Assembly (NCBI RefSeq): GCF_026571515.1
Contig: NW_026863698.1
Coordinates: forward strand, 1-64,000
Length of the DNA: 64,000 bases
Reading direction: 5' to 3'
Source: Ruditapes philippinarum
Taxonomy: Eukaryota
Position 1 is the first letter of the stretch. Each line of letters opens with the position of its first letter. The notes below the pieces were generated by a model. The model ran no database searches. It worked only from the letters and a program-made list of their open reading frames with translations, and had not been told where the DNA came from. Made by a program: the position numbers and the translations under genes. Shown piece by piece: positions 11,190 to 22,754 of the stretch.

Positions 11190-11477
11190 TTATTGTCTAG
11201 GTATAAAGTCTTCTACATCATAAGCTTGATTTTTCATTAAATTTGAAGTAAAATAACATAACTCGTGCCACCAATGCTCACCCTCTTCATATCTATAAGC
11301 TACTTCATTAAATTCTGAGGGATAATGTCTAAGAAGATCAATCATATAAGACCGTGTCCATCCAACATGATAATTAACACTGAACACTTCGTCATCAGCC
11401 CATGAGTGTCTCTCGTAATCATTCACCCAAAAGGATTCAAAAATGCTACCGTCTATATCATAACTTCTCAAATCCAT
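11190..11477 (-). CDS. Small Trp/Tyr-rich orphan protein (paralogue B)
   Basis: Paralogue of 10603-10878; shared upstream motif atttcaaactg.ttg.t..catttaa. Confidence 0.75.
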   Translation of the reverse strand: MDLRSYDIDGSIFESFWVNDYERHSWADDEVFSVNYHVGWTRSYMIDLLRHYPSEFNEVAYRYEEGEHWWHELCYFTSNLMKNQAYDVEDFIPRQ

Positions 11478-12148
11478 TCTTAAAAGTTAAAATATATCCA
11501 ACACCACTGATGGCTAATTAATACCCCTAGACCGTTGTCAATACAATAGCTCTCCACCAAAAGCTGAAAGGTGATATTGATCGTTTGCATTTCAAAAACT
11601 GATTTCAAACTGATTGTTATCATTTAAGAAAAACCCCGCTCTACTAGTTTAAATCGATATAGTTTAAAAAATGGCGCTAAACCCTGTCATCTACCACGTC
11701 GTCTGCTACACCGCCATCTTGGAACCTTGAGTCATCGTCTCACGTTACTAACGTCGGCCATATTGCGCCGCCGGCGCAAGATGGCCGCGAAATTATCAAT
11801 TTTACACTACTAATATTTACAGATTTATCTTTCTTTGAACTTAGGATTTTCTTTAAGAAATATTATAACTTCTTTACTTTTTAAGGTATATACTTCAAAC
11901 TTCAAATATATGTTTCTTATCATTACACACATGTTGTGTGAAATGTTCATAACCCAAGCATGACTTTTTTTAGAATTATTCCTCTTGATCTTGGAATTTA
12001 TGTTAACAAATGGTATTTTTTTACTATAACTTAATACATAATTATACATAATTGGTTTTTCTTTCATAGTTTTGTCCTCCTTACTGCGTCCAGTATTTTA
12101 TTAGTCGAGCTTGGCTGTCTCCTGTGACAGTTCTTGTTAGAAATTGAT

Positions 12149-12330
12149 GTTTCTATTTTTAGAAATTGCGTAATGTTTCTATTTTTAGAAATTGCGTAAT
12201 GTTTCTATTTTTAGAAATTGCGTAATGTTGCTATTTTTAGAAATGCGTAATGTTGCTATATTTAGAAATTGCGTAATGTTTCTATTTTTAGAAATTGCGT
12301 GTTTCTATTTATAGAATTGCGTGTTTCTAT
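12149..12330. repeat. 26 bp minisatellite (tttctatttttagaaattgcgtaatg) ~7 copies
   Basis: Direct reading; flanked by Helentron-like 3' hairpin ends at ~12104-12138 and ~12450-12485. Confidence 0.85.
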
Positions 12331-12710
12331 TCATATATATATACAAAATAGATAAACAAAACTTATGTGACAGACCAACTTAATTTATAAAAAGGAAACG
12401 TTAAGATATGTTCAAACCTTTCTATGTTTGCGTTTAGAAAAAGTAAAAAGTCGAGCATTGCCCCCGCCCGGCGGTGGCTCTTGTTTAATCTACTGTCGCC
12501 ATCTGTAATGTATAAAGAATAAACAGTATTATACCTTCGTTAATTGTGAAGACCTATTTTTTATAATACGTGTTAGCAAATCCCACCAAGCGCATTTTGG
12601 AAAGAAAGACCTGAGTTCGTATAACCACAGAGTTGGGTATACATTGTAAAAATACTTCACACTCTTCATTATTTAAATGTCCATATATGAACATAATTAT
12701 GTGGTAATCT

Positions 12711-14160
12711 TGAGGTAACAAAAATATATTTGCATTGATACATGCTGGTACATATTTCTTTGTTTATGTTAATATAGCTTTAAAATAAAAGATAAACTCA
12801 AGTTATAATTAGAATATATGATACGTATGTTCAAGTATTAATTAGCATATAAATTTTGAATCATATCAGTAATGGCTTAATCAACTTACTTAAGGGGATG
12901 ATACTCCAGTGACCTTAGCAGCAGCATCAATTTGTTGTTGCTGAGGTGGTGGTGTTTGTTCCGGTTGCTGTTGCTGCTGTCGAAGTGGTTGTTGCTGTAG
13001 TGGTTGTCGCGATGTTGTTAGTGATGATGATGTCTAAAACATGCAATCTCAATTTATAACATAACATTATACATATAAAAAATATACTATAACATTGTAC
13101 ATGCATCTTACTAAAAATGTTAGCACTTATACTTAGATACATACATCTTAAGCATATACCTTTCAATGAGTAAATGATATTTTGTCTATGATCAATAATT
13201 TCTAACATCATAAATATAAAGTATAAAACAAACCTGTGTGAATGTCTTATTTGAAATGTTGCATTTTTTATATTTTAAAAAATGAAAATGTCTTACTGGG
13301 GTGGCTAAGAAGTACTCGTCATTCCCATCAAACTTGTCTTGAGGATAAAGTGTAATCTGGAGGTAACAAAAATATATTCGCATTGATACATGCTGGTACA
13401 GATTTCTTCTTTTTTTATGTTAATATATCTTTAAAATGAAAGATAAACTCAAGTTATAATTAGCATATATGATACGAATGTTAAAGTATTAATAATCATA
13501 TAAATTTTTAATCATGTCAGTAATGACTTAATCAACTTATTTAAGGGGGTGATACTACAGTGACCTCAGCAGCAGCAACAATTTGTTGTTGCTGAGGTGG
13601 TGGTGTTTGTTCCGGTAGTGGTTGTCGCGATGTTGTTAGTGATGATGATGTCTAAAACATGCAATCTCAATTTATAACATCAAACATATAAAAAATATAC
13701 TATAACATTATACATGCATCTTACTAAAAATGTTAGCACTTATACTTAGATACATACATCTTAAGTATATACCTTTAAATGAGTAAATGCTATTTTGTCT
13801 ATGACCAATTATTTCTAACAACAAGCGAGGTGATATCTAAATGCTATAAAATAATAAAATAAAATAAAAAAAATGACAAACCTGCGTGTTGGTTAATTTA
13901 TCATGATAATAATCCACTCTACCTAGCAACTTTTTCAGTTCATCAATTTCCTCCTTGCTGAAGGAAATAGATTTGGTTTTTGTAAAGTCAAATTTACCGC
14001 TAGGGTTGTTAAAACAACCCTTGACGTCGGATATGTGGATACATGTATTCCCATGAAAAGGGGTCATACATATTTCTTTATTCTTTCCAAATTTTGAAGA
14101 AGCTTTCACTAGAACGCTATTGTAATTTCGTTTTTCAGTGAAACTAAACATACATGACAT
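12711..14160 (-). pseudogene. Second PC4-like/Gln-rich gene (paralogue of 5212-7216) with an internal ~650 bp tandem duplication
   Basis: Exon 13882-14160 is highly similar to exon 1 of the first copy, with the same gtttgt donor position. A Gln/Pro-rich exon occurs twice (~13540-13652 and ~12890-13033). Exon ITLYPQDKFDGNDEYFLATP is homologous to exon 5400-5465. Confidence 0.7.
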
Positions 14161-14785
14161 GTGGCATTATAAGGTAAACCCACTAGTGGGTATATGTCAG
14201 TCTGTTTGTTGGATTTCTTTCCCTTGACGGATAGCGTCTTTCTCTTCCTTCTCTTGCTTGCAATGGAATTTGTTCATCGTGATTATAAAATCCATACTGT
14301 ATCCAATTAAAAAAATATGATAAATGTCTGTCATAAAAATGTATAAACTAATCACTGTTGTAAACATGATAAGTTACATATATCTCACGCGTGTTAATTA
14401 ATACTGTCCTGTTTATTGAGAGTTTAAATATCAATATAATTATATCGTTATTCGTGTAAATTAAAATATAATTCTTGTTTTAAAAATATATTATTCTTGA
14501 TTAATACATCGTTTCTGTTTCGTTTGAAAAAAGACAGTTAAATAAAAATATTTATATTTGCGCTCCCTGGCTATGCCACATGAAACACAAGAGCAAGTGG
14601 ATTGAAAATGTCTGGCATTTAACCAATGCCAGACCTTTTATAAACACTAGGGGCGCGTTTGTTTTGCATAAACCGGTTTCAGTAGTAGGTTTAGGTTTTA
14701 TGACAAATTATTTTGAAACCAAAACTAGTTTAGATGGTTTGCAGTTGCTACTACAAATGCATGGTTTTACAAATGGTTTGCAATC

Positions 14786-15937
14786 ATGGCAGAACTTGTG
14801 GCAGCATTGCAGGGAATTTTTGAGGATGAAGATAAATCAGACGCTAGTCATGTTTATTTATCTTCCAGAAATCACGCGATATATGCTCAGATCAGTGGTG
14901 TGCTTGCATTTAGTACACTTCGTCATGAAAAAAGTAGAATTCGTGGTTATGTGGAGACTGTCTACCGTCAATACACCATTGATGATTTCAAAGACCGTTT
15001 TCGAATGAACAGAGACACATTTGAAAAACTCTTACATATGATGTCACCTTTTTTGAAGAACTCAAGGGGTGTACACCAGATTACGGCTGAGAAAAAACTA
15101 CTGTTGTTCATCAAATATCTTTCTACGCAAACTACGTTTCAGCAACTAGCAGACATCTTTGGTGTGTGTGAAACAAGTGTCCATTCTGTTATCCACGATG
15201 TGTCTGAGATGATTTGCGTCAAACTTTTGCCCGAGTTGATAAAATGGCCAACAGGTAAAAAAGCCAAGGAGACAATAGATGGCTTTCAGCAACTAGCTGG
15301 CTTTCCTGGGATAATGGGCACTATTGATGGTAGTCACATTCCCATCCGTACACCGTCAGAATTTCCAGAAAACTACATCAATCGTAAACAGTACCCTTCT
15401 ATTGTTTTACAAGCCGTGTGCGATAGTAAGCTACTATTCATCGATGTCTTTTGTGGTTGGCCAGGATCAGTCCATGACTCAAGAATCCTTAAAAATTCCC
15501 CACTTATGGATAAAATTGAGGCTGATGTTTCGCAAGTTTTCCCAGGTAACACGCATCTCCTCGGAGATTCAGCATATGCCCTAGCATCTTGGATGATGGT
15601 TCCTTACAAAGACTGTGGCAATTTAAACAAAGATCAAAAGACATACAACTACATTCACAGTTCCACAAGGATGTGTATTGAACGTGCTTTTGGTGCGTTG
15701 AAGGGGCGGTTTCGAAGGTTAAAGTTTATTGACTTGAAGGACATTTCTTGTATTGTACATATTGTACTTAGCTGTTGCACCCTCCATCAGCTTTGTGTCC
15801 AGTGCAGAGAAGACCTGCTGGATTACATCACTGAAGGAATGGCTGAAGCTGACGAGGCTAACTATTTTGAGAACTTCATGCCACTTTGTAGCAGTGCAGA
15901 GATGAAAAGAAAAACGATTGTTTGCACTCTCAAATGA
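14786..15937 (+). CDS. Harbinger transposase (HARBI1-like DDE nuclease), intact, 383 aa
   Basis: Motifs FRMNRDTF, IDGSH, NRK, GSVHDS, LLGDSAY, YNYIHSSTRMCIERAFGALKGRFR and LHQ. Confidence 0.95.
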   Translation: MAELVAALQGIFEDEDKSDASHVYLSSRNHAIYAQISGVLAFSTLRHEKSRIRGYVETVYRQYTIDDFKDRFRMNRDTFEKLLHMMSPFLKNSRGVHQITAEKKLLLFIKYLSTQTTFQQLADIFGVCETSVHSVIHDVSEMICVKLLPELIKWPTGKKAKETIDGFQQLAGFPGIMGTIDGSHIPIRTPSEFPENYINRKQYPSIVLQAVCDSKLLFIDVFCGWPGSVHDSRILKNSPLMDKIEADVSQVFPGNTHLLGDSAYALASWMMVPYKDCGNLNKDQKTYNYIHSSTRMCIERAFGALKGRFRRLKFIDLKDISCIVHIVLSCCTLHQLCVQCREDLLDYITEGMAEADEANYFENFMPLCSSAEMKRKTIVCTLK

Positions 15938-16321
15938 CAGCTGTGACTTGTAGTACAAACCAAAGCGATCAACAGCAGTATACAGATTTTGAGCTTTATT
16001 CAGCAGCTACACTTGTTTCAGGCTATCTGACTATGTATGTGTTTCAGGATATGTGACTATGTATGTGTTTCAGGCTATGTGACTATGTGTATCATTCAAT
16101 ATTGTTCACTTCTTACAGCAAACAATAGTGTGTTACCAATAAAATTGTTTTATTTCTATATTGTCTCGTGAAGTTTAATCCAGAGTCGGAGACCAATACA
16201 GTTTCCTAGGTACCTAACCGAACTGTTTTCCTTACCATTCACATGTGATTACTGACTTACCAGTACGGATAATAACAGATACATAAATGTAGGATGAAAC
16301 TTCATAATACAAAAGATCTTA

Positions 16322-18438
16322 CCCAGCAGGCACATCAACGTTGTTTCAACGTTGAATTATGGTCAGATTTCAACGTTGAAATAAGGTTTGATTTATATTC
16401 GGATTTGAAAGTTGAAACAACGTTGAAATTTCAACGTTGATACAACGTTGCAGCTTCAACGTTGGCACAACGTTGAAGTTTCAATGTCATTTCAACGTTG
16501 AAAACCCACCATACATTAATTTTTGGATATAAAGCAAAGTAACCAAGTTTAACAAAATGTCAAGACAATATTAAATACTTCAGATATTTTATTTCAAAAA
16601 TACAGTTCAAGTGCAGCTTAAATTCACTTTAATAGTTTAACAATTAAGCTACAATCTGTTCCAATCTTTTCTTCTAGATCTTTCTGGGTATGTCAAGTGT
16701 TTGAGTACTTCTTTGGCTGTCTCTTACTGCTTCTGCAAATAAAAATAAGAAGTTTGTAGTTAAAAGTGACTTGGTCAATCTCAAATTATACATATACTTA
16801 CTCAACTTAGTGATTTGTTTTTATCTTAAAATGCTTTTCTCTAAGATTTATATCATAAAACAGCATAGTAATTGAAACGTAGCTAAGTTTGATATTGACA
16901 GCAACTACTGTATATAAGACAACAAAATCTTTTTAAAAAGAAGCTATTTAAAAGTCTCACCTATGATTGGTAAGAAAAACTGCTCCCCGTCAGTTCCTTG
17001 CAGCATATTCCCAAGAAATTAATATTATAGGCTCTAGCTAAGACCATTTTATGCAGCATCCTGAAATCAGCAAACGTCATGTAAATTTTATATTAATAAT
17101 GTTACAGGAATATTCCTAAAAAATATATTTTAAGACAAGATAAATATCCAGTTGTTGAAAAATTTATACTTTGTATTGTAAAGAAATTCAAATATATAAA
17201 TTAATAAGAATAAATTTCAATTTAACAAACCTGACAGTCCTTTTCATGTTGAATGTATGGTGTACAGGCTACAGGTGCAATACTGTAAATTTCAGCCAGG
17301 ACCAGGATCTAGAATATAAAATAATATAATAATAAAATAGAAATAGATTTATTATACCCCTTAAATTTACGACTATTAAACTTTAAAGTTTAACACTCAA
17401 ATTTGTTATTTAACTTAATAATAATCATTATAATGTGTTTTTATCAAACTAATTAACACTGTATTATACTATCAATAAAATATAAACATAGTTATATATA
17501 TTGACGAATCGTCTTGGGACGTAAATTAAGTGGGCCTAACTACTTAATATGTTTCAATTTTAAAATTGATTAAATTCTAAATAGGATATAGTACAGACAA
17601 ATGTTTAATAATATGAAAAATAAATTAAAGAAAGACAAGATTTGTAAAATCATAAATTGCCAAGGACATCAATAACTTCATTCTTACAAGGCCTACCGAA
17701 CCCAAATCATTCAATAAGGTCGCGAAAACGTGTCAAATCAACTCAATCATGAATTTATATCTCTCATTTATTTCATAAAGTAAATTAAAGTAGAATTTAA
17801 AGAATAAATAATAATATTTTAGAAAATAGTCAGTAAACTAAAGTAAAACATAGCGGTAATACCTTCCAAATCCAAATAAATTGCCAATCGTGTTGTTTTC
17901 AAATTTTCCAAACAGCGCCACCATTTGCACGAACGATAATCATAGACAAAAACAAACAAAATCATAGACCGCAACAATTACTTCCCCTGACCAGCGTTAT
18001 TTTATAAACGGGGTTTTGACTAATACCAATTTATTAATTAATATTATTCATAAAGAACTAAAAAATAAAACAACAAACAACAAAACATATTAACTAATAT
18101 TTAAAGCGTTAATAGAAAGTGAAAAATTATTTCCAACTTTATTTGTTTAAGCGCTATTTTTGAATATACGGAAAAAGATTGTAACGCAAATTTTCCTGAC
18201 AAAAATCACTTACAGACTAATTCAATAAAGGAATAATATCACAAAATTAGTGGTATAAAAGTTTATATAATGATTAAACTAAATGTAAAACTTCGACCAT
18301 AAACAACGTTGAATCAACGTTGTATATACATTGGCAATATATCCGTATGGTCGTCCATAGTTGAATATTGGTTGAACAACGTCACGACCATATTTCAACG
18401 TTGTTTCAACGTTGAAACAACGTCGAGTGCCTGCTGGG
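16322..18438 (-). mobile_element. Non-autonomous DNA transposon (probably CMC/EnSpm-like) nested in Harbinger 1
   Basis: TIR CCCAGCAGGCAC / GTGCCTGCTGGG, TSD TTA, and many subterminal CAACGTTG palindromes at both ends. Decayed spliced exons lie inside. Confidence 0.8.
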
Positions 18439-18500
18439 TTATTTCTCATTTTATTAAACAGTTAACCAAAAACAATTATAACAGGTACAAATGAATGACA

Positions 18501-18940
18501 AACAAGAAATGTCACAGAACGTGACGTATGCCCCCACGAAATTGACCATTGGCCTTGAAGTGTGACCTTGACCTTGGAGGTACGGACCTGGGTCATGTGT
18601 GCTCTGCACGCCATCTTCTACAAATCAATTTAAAAAACCACCAGTAATCCACCACACATAAATGACAACGTTATGGACAGGACAAAAGAAAAAATATGCA
18701 TATTTGAACTTTGAACTCCAAGTGTGACCTTGACCTTGAAGGTACGGACCTGGGTCTTGCGCTCTGCACATCGCCCATTTATAATGAATACTTCTGCCAA
18801 GTTATATTGAAATCCAAACAGAAATGACAAAGTTATGGACCGGACAAGAATGTTGTTGCCCGGACAGACACACACACACAGACACACACACACACGGACG
18901 GTCCAATTTTAAGATGCCACCCCTTCGGGGGGCATAAAAA
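18501..18940 (-). mobile_element. Short Helentron/pearl-like element (reverse orientation)
   Basis: aacaag end with hairpin gtcacagaacgtgac, IR tatgccccc / gggggcata, (AC)n tract, and two internal repeat units (gtgtgaccttgaccttg..ggtacggacctggg). Confidence 0.75.
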
Positions 18941-19074
18941 CATGAACAATGATTTCCTTGGGTGAAATTTCAGAAACATACCGAGTTTTAATCAGTCTTT
19001 AGTTCTACAATGAATTTCAAGTTTTTTAAAACAGCCATTATCCGATCCAAAAGCAGAACACAACATATCAATGA

Positions 19075-19347
19075 TTTGTTTTGTTTTGGGTTTTACGTCA
19101 CATCGACACAGTATAGGTCATATCGCGACGTTCCAGCTTTACTGGTGGAGGAAGACCTCAGGTGCCCTTCCGTGCATTATTTCAGGCACGAACGGGCACC
19201 TGAGTAGAACCACCGACGTTCCGTAAGCTAGCTGGATAGCTTCCTCACATGAAAGAATCCAAAGTCCCTGTCGGGATTCGAACCCACAGCGGTGAGGGGC
19301 AAGTGGTTTGAAGTCAACGACCTTAACCACTCGGCCACGGACGCCCC
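19075..19347 (-). mobile_element. tRNA-derived SINE (MetaSINE-like), young copy with 14-bp TSD
   Basis: Minus-strand head GGGGCGTCCGTGGCCGAGTGGTTAAGG...GGTTCGAATCCC and (CAAAA)-like tail. TSD caacatatcaatga at 19061-19074 and 19351-19364. Near-identical to the copy at 48757. Confidence 0.92.
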
Positions 19348-19524
19348 TATCAACATATCAATGAAAAACTTCAAAAAATATAAAATGGTTTAACATAATG
19401 TGTTCTGTTGATCATCAATTAGCTTAAATCAAGATCAACACATAGACATGTGCAAGGTTAAAATTAAACTGACGATGCTTCTTATACATGGCCACCATTA
19501 AAATTTACCAAAACCAGCTGTGCA

Positions 19525-19785
19525 CACAAAATGTACCAAGAGTGAGTTTTAAACATTTGTTATTTAATAATTACAAAGAAATAAAATTCACTGGTGTGAA
19601 AATAATTAAAATGCAAATACAATATCTATATTACAGATATGCGACTTCAATTTGCATACAAAATGTACCAAGAGTGAGTTTAAACATTTGTTATTTAACA
19701 ATTACAAAGAAATAATATTCAATGGTGTGAAAATAATTAAAATGCAAAATACAATATCTATATTACAGATATGTGACTTCAATTT
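19525..19785. repeat. Two-copy ~135 bp tandem duplication
   Basis: acaaaatgtaccaagagtgagttt...tattacagatatg.gacttcaattt occurs twice. Confidence 0.85.
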
Positions 19786-20023
19786 CTAAGTGTGTACTGC
19801 CTTGTACATGGATGAAAATCTAAAGTAAAAGTTCAAACTTCCAACAAAACATTGCAAGAAAATGCCATAAACAAGAGGGCCATGATTCCTCTGTATCACT
19901 GAACAGAGGAGCATGAAGAAACAGAAAATATTCACTAGAAAAGTGACCCAAAGATTGCTCCTACAAATCTTCCATGTCTCTCTCCACTTCTGTCAAAAAA
20001 CAAACCTTGTAAAGTGTTCACTC

Positions 20024-22754
20024 TTACTTGGATTTTGAAATAGCATTAACCAATTTATCAAAAAGTTCTAGTTTGCTTTTCTCATTTGCCATACGGTCTT
20101 CGTGCTGTTTGGTTAAAACTTCCATTAACTGTTTTTGTTCCTGCTTCATGTCATCACGCATCTCTTGTAGCATTTCAACAACTGCATCCTTGCGGTTATG
20201 CTTCACCTTTGGCTTCTTTGATGTTTGTTTTTCTACATCTTTCTCATCTTCTGTCTCTACAGAAGAGCTTTGAGTCTGAGGTGACTTGATGGAGCTGCTT
20301 ACATACAATGGAGTAACATTGGGTCTGTACCCGTAAAAGTCCTGCAGTTCATGGAAGTAAGGGCATTCTTTTCGCTCATTGCCTGATTTCATGTTATGGT
20401 CAACTGTGTCCCTATACACTTTAGTAATATTTTTCCATTTCTGCTCGCACTGAGTAGCTGAATATGTACCATTTAACTTGGTTTCTTTGTTGATATCTGA
20501 TGCAATAATGGACCAGATAGTTTTTTTCTTCAGTGAAGGTTTTCTGAAGTCAGCCTCGTGGTCTTGATGCAGGGCAATCAGCTTCAGGACTGCGGGTTTT
20601 GTCCAAACTTGTTTCTCAGACTTCATGTTTTCCGTAACAACATCTGGCTCAGCAGCATCTGTAGTCCCATCATGGCCATTCTGGCTTGTTGGTGCTATAA
20701 ATAAAATCAGTCCTTCACCATGAAATAATAATGTGAGCATTTATGTGTGACTGAATACATTTGAAGTCAAGTTGTTTAACATTTTCGGTCAGACCACAAT
20801 AATATGCGATTAACACTTGCAATATTTTTGTCACTATGACAACCACAATAACTTCAAAGCAGTCAAATGAAGGAATGGATGCTTATGCCGCACAGTAGTA
20901 CAGCTTTTACCATCTGATCTTGATGGTATGGTTGTGTTTTTGGTTACTTAAAATAGTCAATTAAATCCGGAATGCAACGTGGTATACTGGATATTATATC
21001 CATCTTCATTTTTAAATAAACTATATAACTCCTTGAAGAAACTCCTTGCTATTGGTTAGCAAGTCATTTTTGACTGAGAATGATTATGCTGTTTGCTGGC
21101 AATACAGCGGCAGACACAAATACAGACAAGCTGAAGCTAATAGTTGAATTTGAAAGTTGATAGTATGATGCAAAAAAGCTCCGATAATCTACACAGATAT
21201 ATCAAGATAGTAATAATGCAAAAAAGCTAATGTGCTTAGACGAATGGCCACTTCTCCATTAACTGTCTGAAGAGATGTCGTTTGTAGCAAATGTTTATGA
21301 TGACGGCAATTAAACCGATGATGTATATCAGACCATGACATAAGCTCTCCTAAGCTTTACTAGTATGTGACCAGCAGTGCTAATAAAAAATATGGCTGGA
21401 GATGTTACTTACCTACACCATCTGAAGAGGAAGATGTTAACCCAGTTGATCTAATCTCTGGCATTTCGCATGGTGTGCCTGTTCCCGACTCTGTATCTCT
21501 GTCATCTGTAATGGATTATGGAAAGATTTGTTTATGTCACTTTCAGTCATTGTATTACATGGTACAAAATGTAATATACATGCATATAGAGCTGGTAGTA
21601 GGACACATTTCTGTAAGGACCGTTAAGAAATGAAAATACTCAACACATGGAAGATTTCCACGTAAATTTATGAAACTTAATTATACAAGATTGCAGGGTA
21701 TGTCATACATTCTACATAGAAAAAACAGTACCGCTGTTAGCTACAACCTTTTCTTAAATATGATACCCATTTCCATGTCTCAATCATGCCAAAATTTATT
21801 TATTGAAAATATCAACTTATTAAGACACTTCTGTACTGCTAGATCGTTTCAATGTTCAATACAAACTTTAATGGTCATTCGATCAATGTTTGGAAGGTCA
21901 ATGTTAAACTCCAAGAAGTTAGATACCTGTATGATTTGTTGTAGTATGATTTGTTGTAGTGCATATGACTTTGTCAAACTCGTCCCAATCAATCAAGGTG
22001 CACAGCACCCAAGGATGTATCTCCTCGACTGCATCCTTACCAAGACCATTAAGGTTGTTCAGCACTCTCTGGAACACTGCGTTTGTATATTGCCGGACAA
22101 TGACTGGAATGTCTGCTGGGTACATGCTGCTTTCCAGCTGTTCTCTATACTTTTCATCACATGCCAAATAACTCTTCAGAGTTTTTCTTGAGAGGTGTTG
22201 ATGGAAACGTTCCGGGATGACACTGTGTAGAGGCCCAATAGCCATAACCCTGAAACATTTAAAAAAGGATCTGCCCTGTATGACATACATTTGTAGCCTA
22301 CATGAGCGCTGATGAGTACACGACTGTCTGGGGTACGAAGGTTTACAGTCAAAATGCCCCCATTTTGGAAAATGAAATCATGTTTAAATACCTCTTTATA
22401 GTCAAATTTTTAAAATTAATGATTTAAAACGGATGGAAGTTGTTTTGATTGGAATGGGAGCGATTTAGGTCGCAAATTTGGACATTCTCACTTTTTGTGG
22501 GTGCCAAAATGGGGACGTTTTGACTTGGGGGCATTTTGACTTGCAACCGGGTACGAATTATCTTGAACGAATTTCAACATAGAATTGGTACAAATGTTCT
22601 TTGCCGATCGCAGAGAGTGCCTTTACAAAATGTTATTTTGTAACTGAGCCCACATACACAAACATACCATTTAAATAACATTGGCCTTTCGCCATAATTG
22701 ACAAATTCTTATGTTTCTTTACCTGTTTCCATTTTCATCCACGAGGTCCGCCAT
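20024..22754 (-). CDS. Harbinger Myb/SANT (trihelix-like) DNA-binding protein, 4 exons, ~372 aa: complement(join(20024..20694,21413..21505,21927..22249,22723..22754))
   Basis: All introns are GT-AG with compatible phases (2,1,1), giving 1119 nt open. Myb/SANT pattern WTKPAVLKLI..W..IA..QCEQKWKNI..Y..CPYF and a C-terminal coiled coil. Confidence 0.85.
22340..22548. mobile_element. MULE/Mutator-type MITE in intron 1 of the Myb gene
   Basis: TIR ggtttacagtcaaaatgcccc / ggggcattttgacttgcaacc; perfect 9-bp TSD gggtacgaa. Confidence 0.88.

Larger units (their letters stand above)
1..11811. mobile_element. Polinton/Maverick (adintovirus-like) element, right-hand part, decaying; left end outside window
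   Basis: Co-located pPolB, Polinton-type integrase N-terminus and small accessory ORFs. Terminus ...TTTACACTACT at 11811 reads AGTAGTGT on the minus strand, the typical Polinton end. It is followed by a candidate 6-bp TSD AATATT; the matching left TSD is not visible. Confidence 0.85.

Noticed and set aside
19250-19347. Apparent tRNA gene (also at 48757 and 1062)
   Set aside because: It is the head of a SINE with body, tail and TSD.
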